Source of the DNA: Flavobacteriales bacterium
GTDB lineage: Bacteria > Bacteroidota > Bacteroidia > Flavobacteriales_F > PHOS-HE28
Assembly (NCBI GenBank): GCA_016705955.1
Contig: JADJKO010000010.1
Span: 6,280-70,279 of the forward strand
Direction of reading: 5' to 3'
DNA length: 64,000 nucleotides
Shown here: positions 47,475 through 56,822 of the stretch, one piece after another
How positions within the stretch are numbered: the stretch's first letter is position 1
How the letters are laid out: each line of letters starts with the position of its first letter
Made by a program: the position numbers and the translations under genes
The notes under the pieces: generated by a model
Seen by the model: only the letters and a program-made list of their open reading frames with translations
Databases searched by the model: none
Told to the model about the DNA's origin: nothing

Positions 47475-47531
47475 TGTCCGCTCTCAGGTTCGATCCGCCA
47501 AGGGCGGAGGCTGTGGTTCATAGGGCCGTTA

Positions 47532-48740
47532 TCAGATCTGGTGGTGTACGCTCTCCTCCAGGTAGGGATGGTTCACGGGCGTTAGCGGTGCGCGGGCCAA
47601 TGCGCGGAATACCGTGGTGATGAGGATGCCAAGGAACATGACGAACATGCCGAGATCGAGCAATTCGATCCCATGGTGGAAATCATGACCGGCCGCTCCG
47701 GGCATCACGATCATGTTCACATCCAGCCAATGTCCGAAGAAGATCACCGCACACACACCAATGAGGAAACGCGGGTTGCGCTTGGCATCGCGGCTCATGA
47801 GCAACACCATGGGTATGGCGAAGTTGATGAAGAAGGTGGTCCACAACAAAATCGGGTGTTCGTCGATGCGAAGCTTGAAATAGGTCACCTCCTCGGGGAT
47901 GTTCGCGAACCAGATCAACATGAACTGGCTGAAGTAGAGGTAGGACCACAAGAAGCTGACAGCGAAGACCCACTTGCCCATATCATGGATGTGGCTGTTG
48001 TTCACCTGTGGCAGGTAGCCCTTCCGCTTCAAGTAAAGCACCAGCACCACGCCGGTGATCATGGCGCTCACCCACATGCCGGAGAACACATACCAACCGA
48101 ACAGGGTACTGAACCAATGTGCATCAATGCTCATGAGCCAGTCCCACGCCAGCGTGCTGCTGAACACCGCGAAGAAGACCAGGAACAAGGCACCGCGACG
48201 GTAGGTGAGCAGGTGCGTCTTCAGCAAGCTGTCCCCGGTGAGGCCATCCATCTCCAAGCTCTTCTTGCGGAACCACCGCGCGAAGAGGATGAATACCGCC
48301 AAGTACGCGATCGTGCGGATCCAGTAGAATGGCAGGTTCAGGAAGGCCTGCTTCCCGGCCATGGCCTCGTCGTAGTTCGGGTCGTTCACATCATACAGCG
48401 ATGCATCCATCCAATGGTAGATGTGGTGCAGGTGCATGCTACCGGCCGCCAGGACCAGCACCATCACCCCCGCGCCGATCGGCAGAAAGGCCATGATGCC
48501 TTCGAAGACGCGCTTCACCAACACGCTCCACGCGGTCTCGGTGGCGTTCTGCAAGGCATAGAAGAAGAGCGCACCCAAGCTGATGCCGAGGAAAAAGAAG
48601 CCGTTCACGAGCAACGCAGACCACGTCCGTTGATGGTGCTCGGAGTGATCGCCGACCACGCCGTACACGGTGGCGATCGCGCCGACCGCGATCAGCGCCA
48701 TGCTCAAGGTGCGGGCCCGTTTGCTGATGGTGAAGTTCAT
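47532..48740 (-). CDS. actF: Alternative complex III subunit ActF (NrfD-like membrane subunit)
   Basis: About 402-aa polytopic membrane protein from an internal ATG (MNFTISKRARTLSMALIAV...); position after actE and before the cox genes. Confidence 0.7.
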   Translation of the reverse strand: MNFTISKRARTLSMALIAVGAIATVYGVVGDHSEHHQRTWSALLVNGFFFLGISLGALFFYALQNATETAWSVLVKRVFEGIMAFLPIGAGVMVLVLAAGSMHLHHIYHWMDASLYDVNDPNYDEAMAGKQAFLNLPFYWIRTIAYLAVFILFARWFRKKSLEMDGLTGDSLLKTHLLTYRRGALFLVFFAVFSSTLAWDWLMSIDAHWFSTLFGWYVFSGMWVSAMITGVVLVLYLKRKGYLPQVNNSHIHDMGKWVFAVSFLWSYLYFSQFMLIWFANIPEEVTYFKLRIDEHPILLWTTFFINFAIPMVLLMSRDAKRNPRFLIGVCAVIFFGHWLDVNMIVMPGAAGHDFHHGIELLDLGMFVMFLGILITTVFRALARAPLTPVNHPYLEESVHHQI

Positions 48741-48766
48741 CGATGCTGTTCCGTTGTCGTCCTGGT

Positions 48767-49450
48767 TCAGTTCCCGGCCGGTGCCACTGCGGCCACCGGT
48801 CCACGCTCCATTTTGCCGCCGTTCTGCAGGAATTGCACGTAGCGCGTTACCAGCCAGCGTTCCTCCTTGTTCAGCTGCGAAGCATGCGCGCCCATGGCAA
48901 TGTTCTTCCCATAAGTGATGGAGTGGAAGATCTTGCCTTCCGGCAGATCCTTCAACTGCGCACCGTCGTAAGCCGGCGGTGCAGGGTAGTTCCCATTGTT
49001 CACCACCGGACCATCGCCCATGCCTTGCTCGCCGTGGCATGCTTGGCAGAACTTCATGAAGATCACCTTGCCTTTCTCCACGTTCGCCTCGGTCATCGCG
49101 ATCGGGTCCTTCAATGAGACACCTGCTGCTTCATAACCCTCCACGGTATTCGGATACGGATACGGCATGTTGAAGCCCGCCTTGGCCGGATCGCTGCTGA
49201 ACGGGATCGTGCCTGCCACTGGTTGGCGGGCACTCGGGCGCTCCCGCTGGGAAACCGCCAATTCCTCGCTGCGGGTGTATGGGTCCTGGCCGTAATCCAC
49301 ATAGGCTTCCACCGCCGGGCCGCGATACATATCCGGCATGTATTCCACACCGGGGCTGTTCTTATCGCCGCCGCCGCAGGAGGCCAACAACATCACGGTC
49401 GCCAACATGCTGCCTAGTGCGATACCGTGGGAGTGCGTACGCTTGCTCAT
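48767..49450 (-). CDS. actE: Alternative complex III monoheme cytochrome c subunit ActE
   Basis: 227 aa; lipoprotein-like N-terminus (LLASCGG), single heme motif CQACHG. Confidence 0.75.
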   Translation of the reverse strand: MSKRTHSHGIALGSMLATVMLLASCGGGDKNSPGVEYMPDMYRGPAVEAYVDYGQDPYTRSEELAVSQRERPSARQPVAGTIPFSSDPAKAGFNMPYPYPNTVEGYEAAGVSLKDPIAMTEANVEKGKVIFMKFCQACHGEQGMGDGPVVNNGNYPAPPAYDGAQLKDLPEGKIFHSITYGKNIAMGAHASQLNKEERWLVTRYVQFLQNGGKMERGPVAAVAPAGN

Positions 49451-49453
49451 GGT

Positions 49454-49987
49454 TCAGTACTGGCGTTCGTTGATCTCGAACACCGGGGTGGTACGCAGCA
49501 GGCCGGTGATCTCATCGGAGCTGTGCCCGTGGTTATCGCCCGTGCGCACTTCAATGATGAACTTGTCGTCCGTGGTCCGTGGGTCCGGGTTGCGGGCAGG
49601 CATACCGGGCAGGGTCTTGTTGCGGATCAAGTAGGTGATGGCCATCCCGTGCGCGGCGCAAAGTACCGTGAACTCGAAGATCACGGGGATGAAGGCCGGG
49701 ATGTTCTGGTAGAGGTGGAAGCTGGGCTTACCACCGATGTTCATCGGCCAATCGAAGATGTTGAAGTACCAGATGCCGAACGTGGCCAGCACAGTGCCGG
49801 TGATACCGAACATGAACGCTGCGATGCCCAAGCGGGTGCGCTTCACCCCGATGATCGGGTCGATACCGTGGACAGGGAATGGCGAGAATACGTCCTTCAC
49901 CCGGATACCGCTCGTCACGAGCGTGCGCGCTCCCTCCTTCAGTTGCTCGGGGTCCTCGTAGACCGCGTAGATGACCTTGTTCGCCAT
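49454..49987 (-). CDS. actD: Alternative complex III subunit ActD (DUF3341)
   Basis: 177-aa, 2-TM protein; MANKVIYAVYEDPEQL N-terminus typical of ActD. Confidence 0.75.
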   Translation of the reverse strand: MANKVIYAVYEDPEQLKEGARTLVTSGIRVKDVFSPFPVHGIDPIIGVKRTRLGIAAFMFGITGTVLATFGIWYFNIFDWPMNIGGKPSFHLYQNIPAFIPVIFEFTVLCAAHGMAITYLIRNKTLPGMPARNPDPRTTDDKFIIEVRTGDNHGHSSDEITGLLRTTPVFEINERQY

Positions 49988-49990
49988 GGA

Positions 49991-51382
49991 TCAATGATGC
50001 TGATCGGCAGTAGCCTGTTGTTGCTTGTAGCTCTCGCCGCTGGACTTCAGGATGGACTTCAACTCATTCAACGCCACCACCGGGAAGTAGCGGGCGAAAA
50101 GGAGGTAAAGCGTGAAGAAGATACCGATGGTTCCCAGGAACACGCCCACATCCACCCAAGTGGGGTGGAACATGGTCCATGAACTGGGCATATAGTCGCG
50201 GTGCAAGCTGGTCACGATGATCACGAAGCGCTCGAACCACATCCCCACGTTCACCACGATGCTCATGAAGAAGGTGAACGCCAGGTTCGTCCGCAGTTTC
50301 TTGAACCAGAAGAGCTGGGGGCTGATCACGTTGCAGGTCATCATGCTCCAGTAGGCCCACCAGTAGGGTCCGGTCGCACGGTTGATGAAGGCGTAGCTCT
50401 CGTACTCCACCCCGCTGTACCAGCTGATGAAGAGCTCGGTGATGTACGCCACACCCACGATGGACCCCGTGACGATGATCACGATGTTCATGTACTCCAC
50501 ATGTTTCACATTGATGTAGCTCTCGAGCTTCATCACCTTGCGCAGGACGAGCAATAAGGTCTGCACCATGGCGAAGCCACTGAACACGGCACCGCTCACG
50601 AAATAGGGTGGGAAGATGGTGGTGTGCCAACCGGGGATGATCGACGTGGCGAAGTCCATGCTCACCACGGAGTGTACCGAGAACACCAGCGGTGTGGCCA
50701 CCCCGGCCAGCACCAAGCTCACCTCCTCGAAGCGTGTCCACGCCTTGGCGTTGCCGGTCCAGCCGAAGCTGAGAATGCTGTAGGCCTTCTTCCAGGCCGG
50801 TTTGGTCAGGCGGTCGCGGATGGTGGCGAAATCGGGAATGAGGCCGATGTACCAGAACACCAACGACACACTGAAGTAGGTGCTGATCGCGAATACGTCC
50901 CAAAGCAAAGGGCTGTTGAAATTCACCCAGAGCGAACCGAACTGGTTGGGCAGCGGGAACACGTAATAAGCCATCCAGATCCGGCCCATGTGGATCATGG
51001 GGAAGGTGGCGGCCATGATCACCGCGAAAATGGTCATCGCCTCAGCGCTACGGTTGATGGCCATGCGCCACTTCTGGCGGAATAGCAGGAGCACCGCGCT
51101 GATGAGCGTGCCGGCGTGACCGATACCGACCCACCACACGAAGTTGGTGATGTCCCACGCCCAATCCACGGTCTTGTTCAAGCCCCAAGTACCGATGCCC
51201 TCACCGATGAGATAGAGGATGCAGCCGATGCCATAAGCGGCGATCAGCGCGGCGATGCTGGTGAGGATGTACCAACCGCGCGGCGCCTTGTTCTCGATCG
51301 GACCCACGATATCGACCGTGATATCGTGATAGGTCTTGTGACCCAGGATGAGCGGTTCGCGGATCGATGATTCGGAATGCAT
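49991..51382 (-). CDS. actC: Alternative complex III quinol-oxidising membrane subunit ActC (NrfD/PsrC family)
   Basis: 463-aa polytopic membrane protein of the NrfD family, placed between actB and actD. Confidence 0.85.
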   Translation of the reverse strand: MHSESSIREPLILGHKTYHDITVDIVGPIENKAPRGWYILTSIAALIAAYGIGCILYLIGEGIGTWGLNKTVDWAWDITNFVWWVGIGHAGTLISAVLLLFRQKWRMAINRSAEAMTIFAVIMAATFPMIHMGRIWMAYYVFPLPNQFGSLWVNFNSPLLWDVFAISTYFSVSLVFWYIGLIPDFATIRDRLTKPAWKKAYSILSFGWTGNAKAWTRFEEVSLVLAGVATPLVFSVHSVVSMDFATSIIPGWHTTIFPPYFVSGAVFSGFAMVQTLLLVLRKVMKLESYINVKHVEYMNIVIIVTGSIVGVAYITELFISWYSGVEYESYAFINRATGPYWWAYWSMMTCNVISPQLFWFKKLRTNLAFTFFMSIVVNVGMWFERFVIIVTSLHRDYMPSSWTMFHPTWVDVGVFLGTIGIFFTLYLLFARYFPVVALNELKSILKSSGESYKQQQATADQHH

Positions 51383-51402
51383 GGGGTCCTGATCGTTATT
51401 CC

Positions 51403-54400
51403 TTAGGCGTGTTGGGCCTCCTCTTCCGAGTTGCGCACCTTCACGAGATAGTTCACATTGGGCTTCACTCCGATCTCCTCCAGCATGTAGTAGCTCCGGT
51501 CGCTGCCCGCCAGGCCCTTCACCATGCTCTTCTTGTCGTTCAGGTCGCCGAAGACGATCGCACCGGTACCGCAGGCCGCACTACAAGCGGTCTCGATGCT
51601 GCCATCCATCACCGGGGTACCGGCTTCCTTGGCGGCGAGCTTGCCGGCCTGGATGTTCTGTACGCACATGCTGCACTTCTCGATGACGCCGCGGCTACGC
51701 ACGGTCACATCGGGGTTCAGCACCATGCGGCCGAGATCATCCCAAGCCGGGTTCACTTCCGCGAACTTGTCCGAGACGTAGTTGAACCAGTTGAAGCGGC
51801 GCACCTTGTACGGGCAGTTGTTCGCGCAGTACCGTGTGCCGATGCACCGGTTATAGGTCATCTGGTTCAGACCCTCGTTGCTGTGTGTGGTGGCCGCTAC
51901 CGGGCACACCGTTTCACACGGCGCGTGGTTGCAGTGCTGGCACATCACCGGCATGAAGAACACCTTGGGACTGCTCGAAGGCACTTCCATCTTCGCGTAG
52001 AGCGCGATCTTGGACTCCCCTGCTTCACGTCCTTCCTCCCAATGGGTATCGCTGGAGTAATAGCGGTCCAAACGCAACCAGTGCATTTCGCGACTGCGGC
52101 GCACCTCGTCCTTGCCCACCACGGAAATGTTGTTCTCGCTGTTGCACGCAGTGATGCACGCACCGCAACCGATACAGGAGTTCAGGTCGATGCTCAAGCC
52201 CCAGCGGTGCCCAACACCTTCCACCGGATGCTCGGCCCACAGGTCGAACTCCGCCACGGGTGCCTTGTCCCGTGAATCGATCACGCCATCGCCGTTGGTA
52301 TCCTCATGGATCGGCAATGTGTGCGGTGGGTTGTAAGCGTTCTTGTCGCCCGCAGCGAAGGTCGCGAGGGAGGTCTCCCTCACGATGCTATGGCGGTCCA
52401 TGTGCGTGAGGTGCGTCTGCGTGATCGCGATCGGGTACTCCTCCCCGGTGGCGGTCACCGTCACATTCAACGCGTCGTAACTGATGGCACCATTCACCAA
52501 GCTGGTGAAGGGGTAGGCGTTGCGGCCCACCGGTCCGTACACGCCGTTGTGATCCGTGGTACAAGCGGCCATGCCCACCTTTTCGCCGTTGGCACCACGG
52601 CCGTAACCGAGTGCGATGGCGATCGTGCCGGACTTCTGGCCGGGGCTAGGCACCACCGGCAACGTGATCTGCTGATCACCGGCCTTCACCGTTACGAGGC
52701 TGGCTGGAGCCTGCTCACCCAAGTGATCGTTCAGGCCGAGCTTGGCCACATCGGCGAAGCTCATGCACACGTAGTTGTCCCACGTGATCTTGGCCAACGG
52801 ATCGGGCATCTCCTGCAACCAAGGGTTGTTGGCATGCTGGCCGTCGCCAATGGCTTCGGTGGTGTAGAGCGTGAGTTCGAAATCACCGGCACCGGAGGCG
52901 GCCTGCTTGGCGGCCGCCCCTGCTGTTGGGATCAGGGTGGCATCGAATGTCAAAGCGGTGGCCGCCACCGGGATGGTGACACCGGCCGGAGGATAGACCC
53001 CATCATGTACGGACTGGTTCCATACATCTCCGAAGAGCCCCGCTACCGCACCGTGTGATGCGAGGTTCGCCTGCCAGGTCTGTTCGATCAGGTCGCGGTA
53101 TTTCACGTCGGAGCCGCCCCACTTCAACAGGCTCCCTTGCCAGCTACGGGTATTGAAGAGTTTGCCGATGGTCGGTTGGCCCAGCGCGTAGCTGCCCACC
53201 TTCGGCATGTAGTCGTTCCAGCTTTCCAAGTAGTGGTTGTCCGGGCAGTTCCACTGGCACAGGCTGGCGGTCTCGTCCGCGTAGCGGCTGCAACTCACCG
53301 TGAGTCCGACCTTGGCAAGACCCGCTTTGAATTCCGCAGCGTTCGGTAGGCTATAGATAGGATTCACCCCTGCCATGATCAGCGCACCGATGCTACCGGC
53401 GTTCATGTCCGTGATCAACTGCGCCATGGCAGCATCATCACCTTGGTACAGCATACTGTGCCGGTCCAGGTCGATGGTGGTTCCATAGTTCCCCAACATC
53501 AGGTTGATGTTGTTCACCAGGATCTGCACGCCCTCATTGTTGCTGCCCGCGATCACCACACAGCGACCCTTGGCATTCACTAGAGCGTCAGCAGCCTGCG
53601 ATACGTGTTCATTGTCCAAACCACCACCCACGGCAGTTCCTCCGGTCTTGTTGGCGACGGCGTCGTGCAACGCGATCACCGCCAAGGGCAGTTCGCTCTG
53701 CTTCACCGGGATCCGCACATCGGCGTTCGCTCCGGTGATGCTCATGCGCGCTTCCACCTGGAAGTGCTTGCTCATACCCGCACTCGGGTTGCGCTTGAGG
53801 GCGTATTGCCACGTGGTCTCGGTGGTCGGTCCCCAGCTGCTGAGGAAGTCCGCATCCACGCTCACGATCACATCGGCCTTCGTGAAGTCATAGCCCGGGA
53901 AGACCCGCTTGCCGAAGCTCTTCAGGTTCGCACCCGTCACCCCACAATAGCTGATGGCATCCACCTGTACATGCTCCACGGTGGCATGCTTCACTTTCAG
54001 TGCTGCAATAGCAGCGGATGTACTGGGACTTGCTAAGGTGTTCGAAAGGACCACGATCCGCTTCCCGGCGGTATCCGCTGCGGCCAGGCCATCGCCAATG
54101 GCCTTGTCGGCGGTGGACCAATCCACCCCTTCATGGGTGTTCGCGCTATCACCCAGCACGTTCTTGCGGGGGCCTTTCACGCGCTCGCCATCGTAGAGCG
54201 AAAGCACGGATCCGATGATCCGCGCATTCACCACGCCCTTGTCCAGGCCGGGGTTGCGATTGATACCGAATTGTGGGTTGCCCTTGATGTGGATGGGGCG
54301 TCCCTCACGGGTCTTCACCAGGATGCTGGCGAAGTCCTGTCCATCATAGAACGTGCTCGCGTACCAGTTCGCCACACCGGGGGTGATGTCCTCCGGCTTG

Positions 54401-54642
54401 TTGACGTATGGAATGCTTTTGATCACCGGCGTTTCACAAGCGGCCAGCGTGGCGGCGCCCAAGGAGAAGCCGAGGAATTTGAGGAAATCACGACGGCCCG
54501 TGTTGGCACCGGCGAAGGTCTTATCGCCCAACACCTGGTCGATGGCGAGTTCCTGAGGGAACTCCTGTTCCCGGCCCTTCATCACCTCGGGGTCCTTGTT
54601 CAGGTCCGCGGCATCCATCCAGTATCGCTTCGTGCTCGACAT
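51403..54642 (-). CDS. actB: Alternative complex III subunit ActB (Tat-exported molybdopterin-oxidoreductase-like + 4Fe-4S ferredoxin domains)
   Basis: 1079 aa; twin-arginine signal RRDFLKFLGFSLGAATLAAC; multiple Cys clusters (CIGCGACITAC, CQHCNHAPCETVCPV, CIGTRYCANNCPYKVRRFNWF). Confidence 0.85.
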   Translation of the reverse strand: MSSTKRYWMDAADLNKDPEVMKGREQEFPQELAIDQVLGDKTFAGANTGRRDFLKFLGFSLGAATLAACETPVIKSIPYVNKPEDITPGVANWYASTFYDGQDFASILVKTREGRPIHIKGNPQFGINRNPGLDKGVVNARIIGSVLSLYDGERVKGPRKNVLGDSANTHEGVDWSTADKAIGDGLAAADTAGKRIVVLSNTLASPSTSAAIAALKVKHATVEHVQVDAISYCGVTGANLKSFGKRVFPGYDFTKADVIVSVDADFLSSWGPTTETTWQYALKRNPSAGMSKHFQVEARMSITGANADVRIPVKQSELPLAVIALHDAVANKTGGTAVGGGLDNEHVSQAADALVNAKGRCVVIAGSNNEGVQILVNNINLMLGNYGTTIDLDRHSMLYQGDDAAMAQLITDMNAGSIGALIMAGVNPIYSLPNAAEFKAGLAKVGLTVSCSRYADETASLCQWNCPDNHYLESWNDYMPKVGSYALGQPTIGKLFNTRSWQGSLLKWGGSDVKYRDLIEQTWQANLASHGAVAGLFGDVWNQSVHDGVYPPAGVTIPVAATALTFDATLIPTAGAAAKQAASGAGDFELTLYTTEAIGDGQHANNPWLQEMPDPLAKITWDNYVCMSFADVAKLGLNDHLGEQAPASLVTVKAGDQQITLPVVPSPGQKSGTIAIALGYGRGANGEKVGMAACTTDHNGVYGPVGRNAYPFTSLVNGAISYDALNVTVTATGEEYPIAITQTHLTHMDRHSIVRETSLATFAAGDKNAYNPPHTLPIHEDTNGDGVIDSRDKAPVAEFDLWAEHPVEGVGHRWGLSIDLNSCIGCGACITACNSENNISVVGKDEVRRSREMHWLRLDRYYSSDTHWEEGREAGESKIALYAKMEVPSSSPKVFFMPVMCQHCNHAPCETVCPVAATTHSNEGLNQMTYNRCIGTRYCANNCPYKVRRFNWFNYVSDKFAEVNPAWDDLGRMVLNPDVTVRSRGVIEKCSMCVQNIQAGKLAAKEAGTPVMDGSIETACSAACGTGAIVFGDLNDKKSMVKGLAGSDRSYYMLEEIGVKPNVNYLVKVRNSEEEAQHA

Positions 54643-54657
54643 AGTCCGCGCGTATTC

Positions 54658-56024
54658 TTAGTAGTGACACTTGGAGCATTCCCAGCCGCCAAGTTCCTTC
54701 ACGGTGATCTTGCCGTCCTCCAAATACTTCTTCAGTTCGGCGTGCCCCAGGTTCTCATCGCCGTTCAGCCGGGCCATCACTTCATCATAGTAGCCGTTCC
54801 CTGCCATCTTCACTTCCTTCTGGGCGTGGCATTGGATGCACCAGCCCATGGTGAGCGGACTCCATTGCTCTGCCACGTCCATCTGCACATCAATGGGTCC
54901 GTGGCACTCCTGACACTCCAGTTTGCCTACGGCGACATGCTGGGCGTGACTGAAGAACGCAAGGTCCGGCAGGTTATGCACCTTGATCCAGCGGATGGGT
55001 TGCTCCTTGCCGGTGAAGGCCATCTTCCCGGGGTCCCATCCGGTGGCCGCGTAGATCTTGGCGATCTCCGTCTTGCCGGTGTTCCTGCCGGTATCCACGG
55101 CCTTGTGGCAGTTCATACACACGTTGGTGCTGGGGATACCAGCGTGTTTGCTCTTCTCCGCACCGCTGTGGCAGTACTGGCAGTTGATCGCGAGGTTGCC
55201 CTGATCCACTTTCCCCGCGTGCAGGGTGTGGTTGAACAGGATGGGTTGCTCCGGCTTGTAGTGCGGTACTTCGTCGCCACCATAAACACCGATCACCCAT
55301 GCGGCATCCCACGCCAACATCATGAGCCATACCGTAATGAACAGACTACCCAAGCCGACGATCACCTTGTGCTCACCGACCCAATTGCTGATCCGCTGCA
55401 TGCGCGGCAGGTCCGGCACGGGTGCCTTGCCTTCGGCCTCCAACACACTGTTCCGCAGATCACGCTTCACCCCGGCCAAGGATAGGCCCACGACCAGGAA
55501 GAGCAAAGCCACGATCACCAGCCAGAGCCAATTGTTGTCATTGGCTGCTACCGGTTCCACCACGACCTCCTTCTTGGCGGTCACAGCAGGCGCATAATTG
55601 TCCACGTAGTAGAAAGCCGCATCGATCTCCTCGTTGGAAAGCGCCATCGGGGTCATCGGCGTGGGCTTGTATTCCTCCCAAATGGCGGTGGCCATGGAGT
55701 TGCCCGTTTTCAAATAGACCTGGCTGTTCTTCACCCAAGCATAGATGTCGCCTTTGCCCTCCCACTTCGCTTTGATCCCCTTCAGTGCGGGGCCGACCAA
55801 CTTCACGTCCGGCTTGTGGCAGGCACCGCAATTCCCCTTGAAGATCTTCTCCCCTGATGCGTAAAGGCCGCATCGGCGGGCTGGGCCTGCAATGCAGTGG
55901 TTCCAAAAAGAAGAAAGAGTGCGAGAATAGCGTGGACAAGCCCGGGCGATCGTTCTGTAATCCTTGCTAGCAGCGGCATTCCGAGCAAATTAGTGTGGAC
56001 AAGGGTCCGTTTGTCCGGCGGCAA
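54658..56024 (-). CDS. actA: Alternative complex III multiheme cytochrome c subunit ActA (apparent frameshift in the 5' region)
   Basis: Five CxxCH motifs in 54658..55806 (CQYCH, CMNCH, CQECH, CIQCH, CSKCH); the in-frame upstream part lacks a start, but a sixth heme domain (GEKIFKGNCGACHKPDVKLVGPALKG) follows a signal peptide (…ILALFLLFGTTALQAQPADAA) encoded in a different frame from 56024; the frames rejoin if the C4 tract at 55851-55854 were C5. Confidence 0.75.
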
Positions 56025-56180
56025 AAATAAACGGCGAAGCGTACGAAGGGCGGTAGGTAGGGGTGCATGTCACACCGTAGTCATTATTTAGAGTCGTTCT
56101 AAATTGCACGGACCGCGCATGTCCGTCCGCATCGCCCCGTCCACCGCGACGAGCGGCATACTTTTGGACCCGCCGCGACG

Positions 56181-56660
56181 ATGCGTTCCCTTCCGTTCCT
56201 CTTCCTCCTTCTTTGCTCCCCGAACATTTTCGGGCAGAACAGTGGAACGCGGTCGGTCCTGGTCTTCGAGCCTTACCACGGAACAGTGGAACCTGTTGCT
56301 GTGGATACACCCCCGACGATCGGACCCCATCCGGGAAATGTGGAGATCCACGCCGACCCGAAGGTGGAGCAGCTGATGCGGCGCTACACCGAACACAAGC
56401 ACCCCCGAAAAGGGTATCGTGTGCAGATCTTCCTCGGCGACCGCAGGACTGCGGAGGACACCAAGCGCGCATTCCTCCTGAAGAATCCGGACAGCCCGGC
56501 CTACCTGAGCTGGTTCGCACCGAACTGGCGCTTGCGCATCGGAGACCTGCGCACGCGCCTCGAAGCCGAGCGCATGTTGCACGAACTCCGGGCGATCCAT
56601 CCGGGCTGCTACATCGTGCCGGACGAGATCGAGATGCCGCGTTTGGCGACGGCGCCGTAA
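56181..56660 (+). CDS. SPOR domain-containing protein
   Basis: 159 aa; signal peptide; C-terminal GYRVQIFLGDRRTAEDTKRAFL…HPGCYIV resembles SPOR (peptidoglycan-binding) repeats. Confidence 0.65.
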   Translation: MRSLPFLFLLLCSPNIFGQNSGTRSVLVFEPYHGTVEPVAVDTPPTIGPHPGNVEIHADPKVEQLMRRYTEHKHPRKGYRVQIFLGDRRTAEDTKRAFLLKNPDSPAYLSWFAPNWRLRIGDLRTRLEAERMLHELRAIHPGCYIVPDEIEMPRLATAP

Positions 56661-56776
56661 GGATCGGAGTTCACCGCAGAGTCGCAAAGGCGGGGAGAAC
56701 GCGGAGGTTACTGTCGCTGTTCACTTTCACGACGCGGAGGATCCGCGGAGGCGGATCAGTTGGTCCGAAATGAGAA

Positions 56777-56800
56777 CGGGGAGGAACAAGATCCTCCCCG
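56777..56800. terminator. Putative terminator hairpin between convergent SPOR-domain gene and infB
   Basis: cggggagg-aacaagat-cctccccg (8-bp stem) followed on the + strand by a T-rich tract ctcctttccattttcg. Confidence 0.4.
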
Positions 56801-56822
56801 CTCCTTTCCATTTTCGTTCGGA

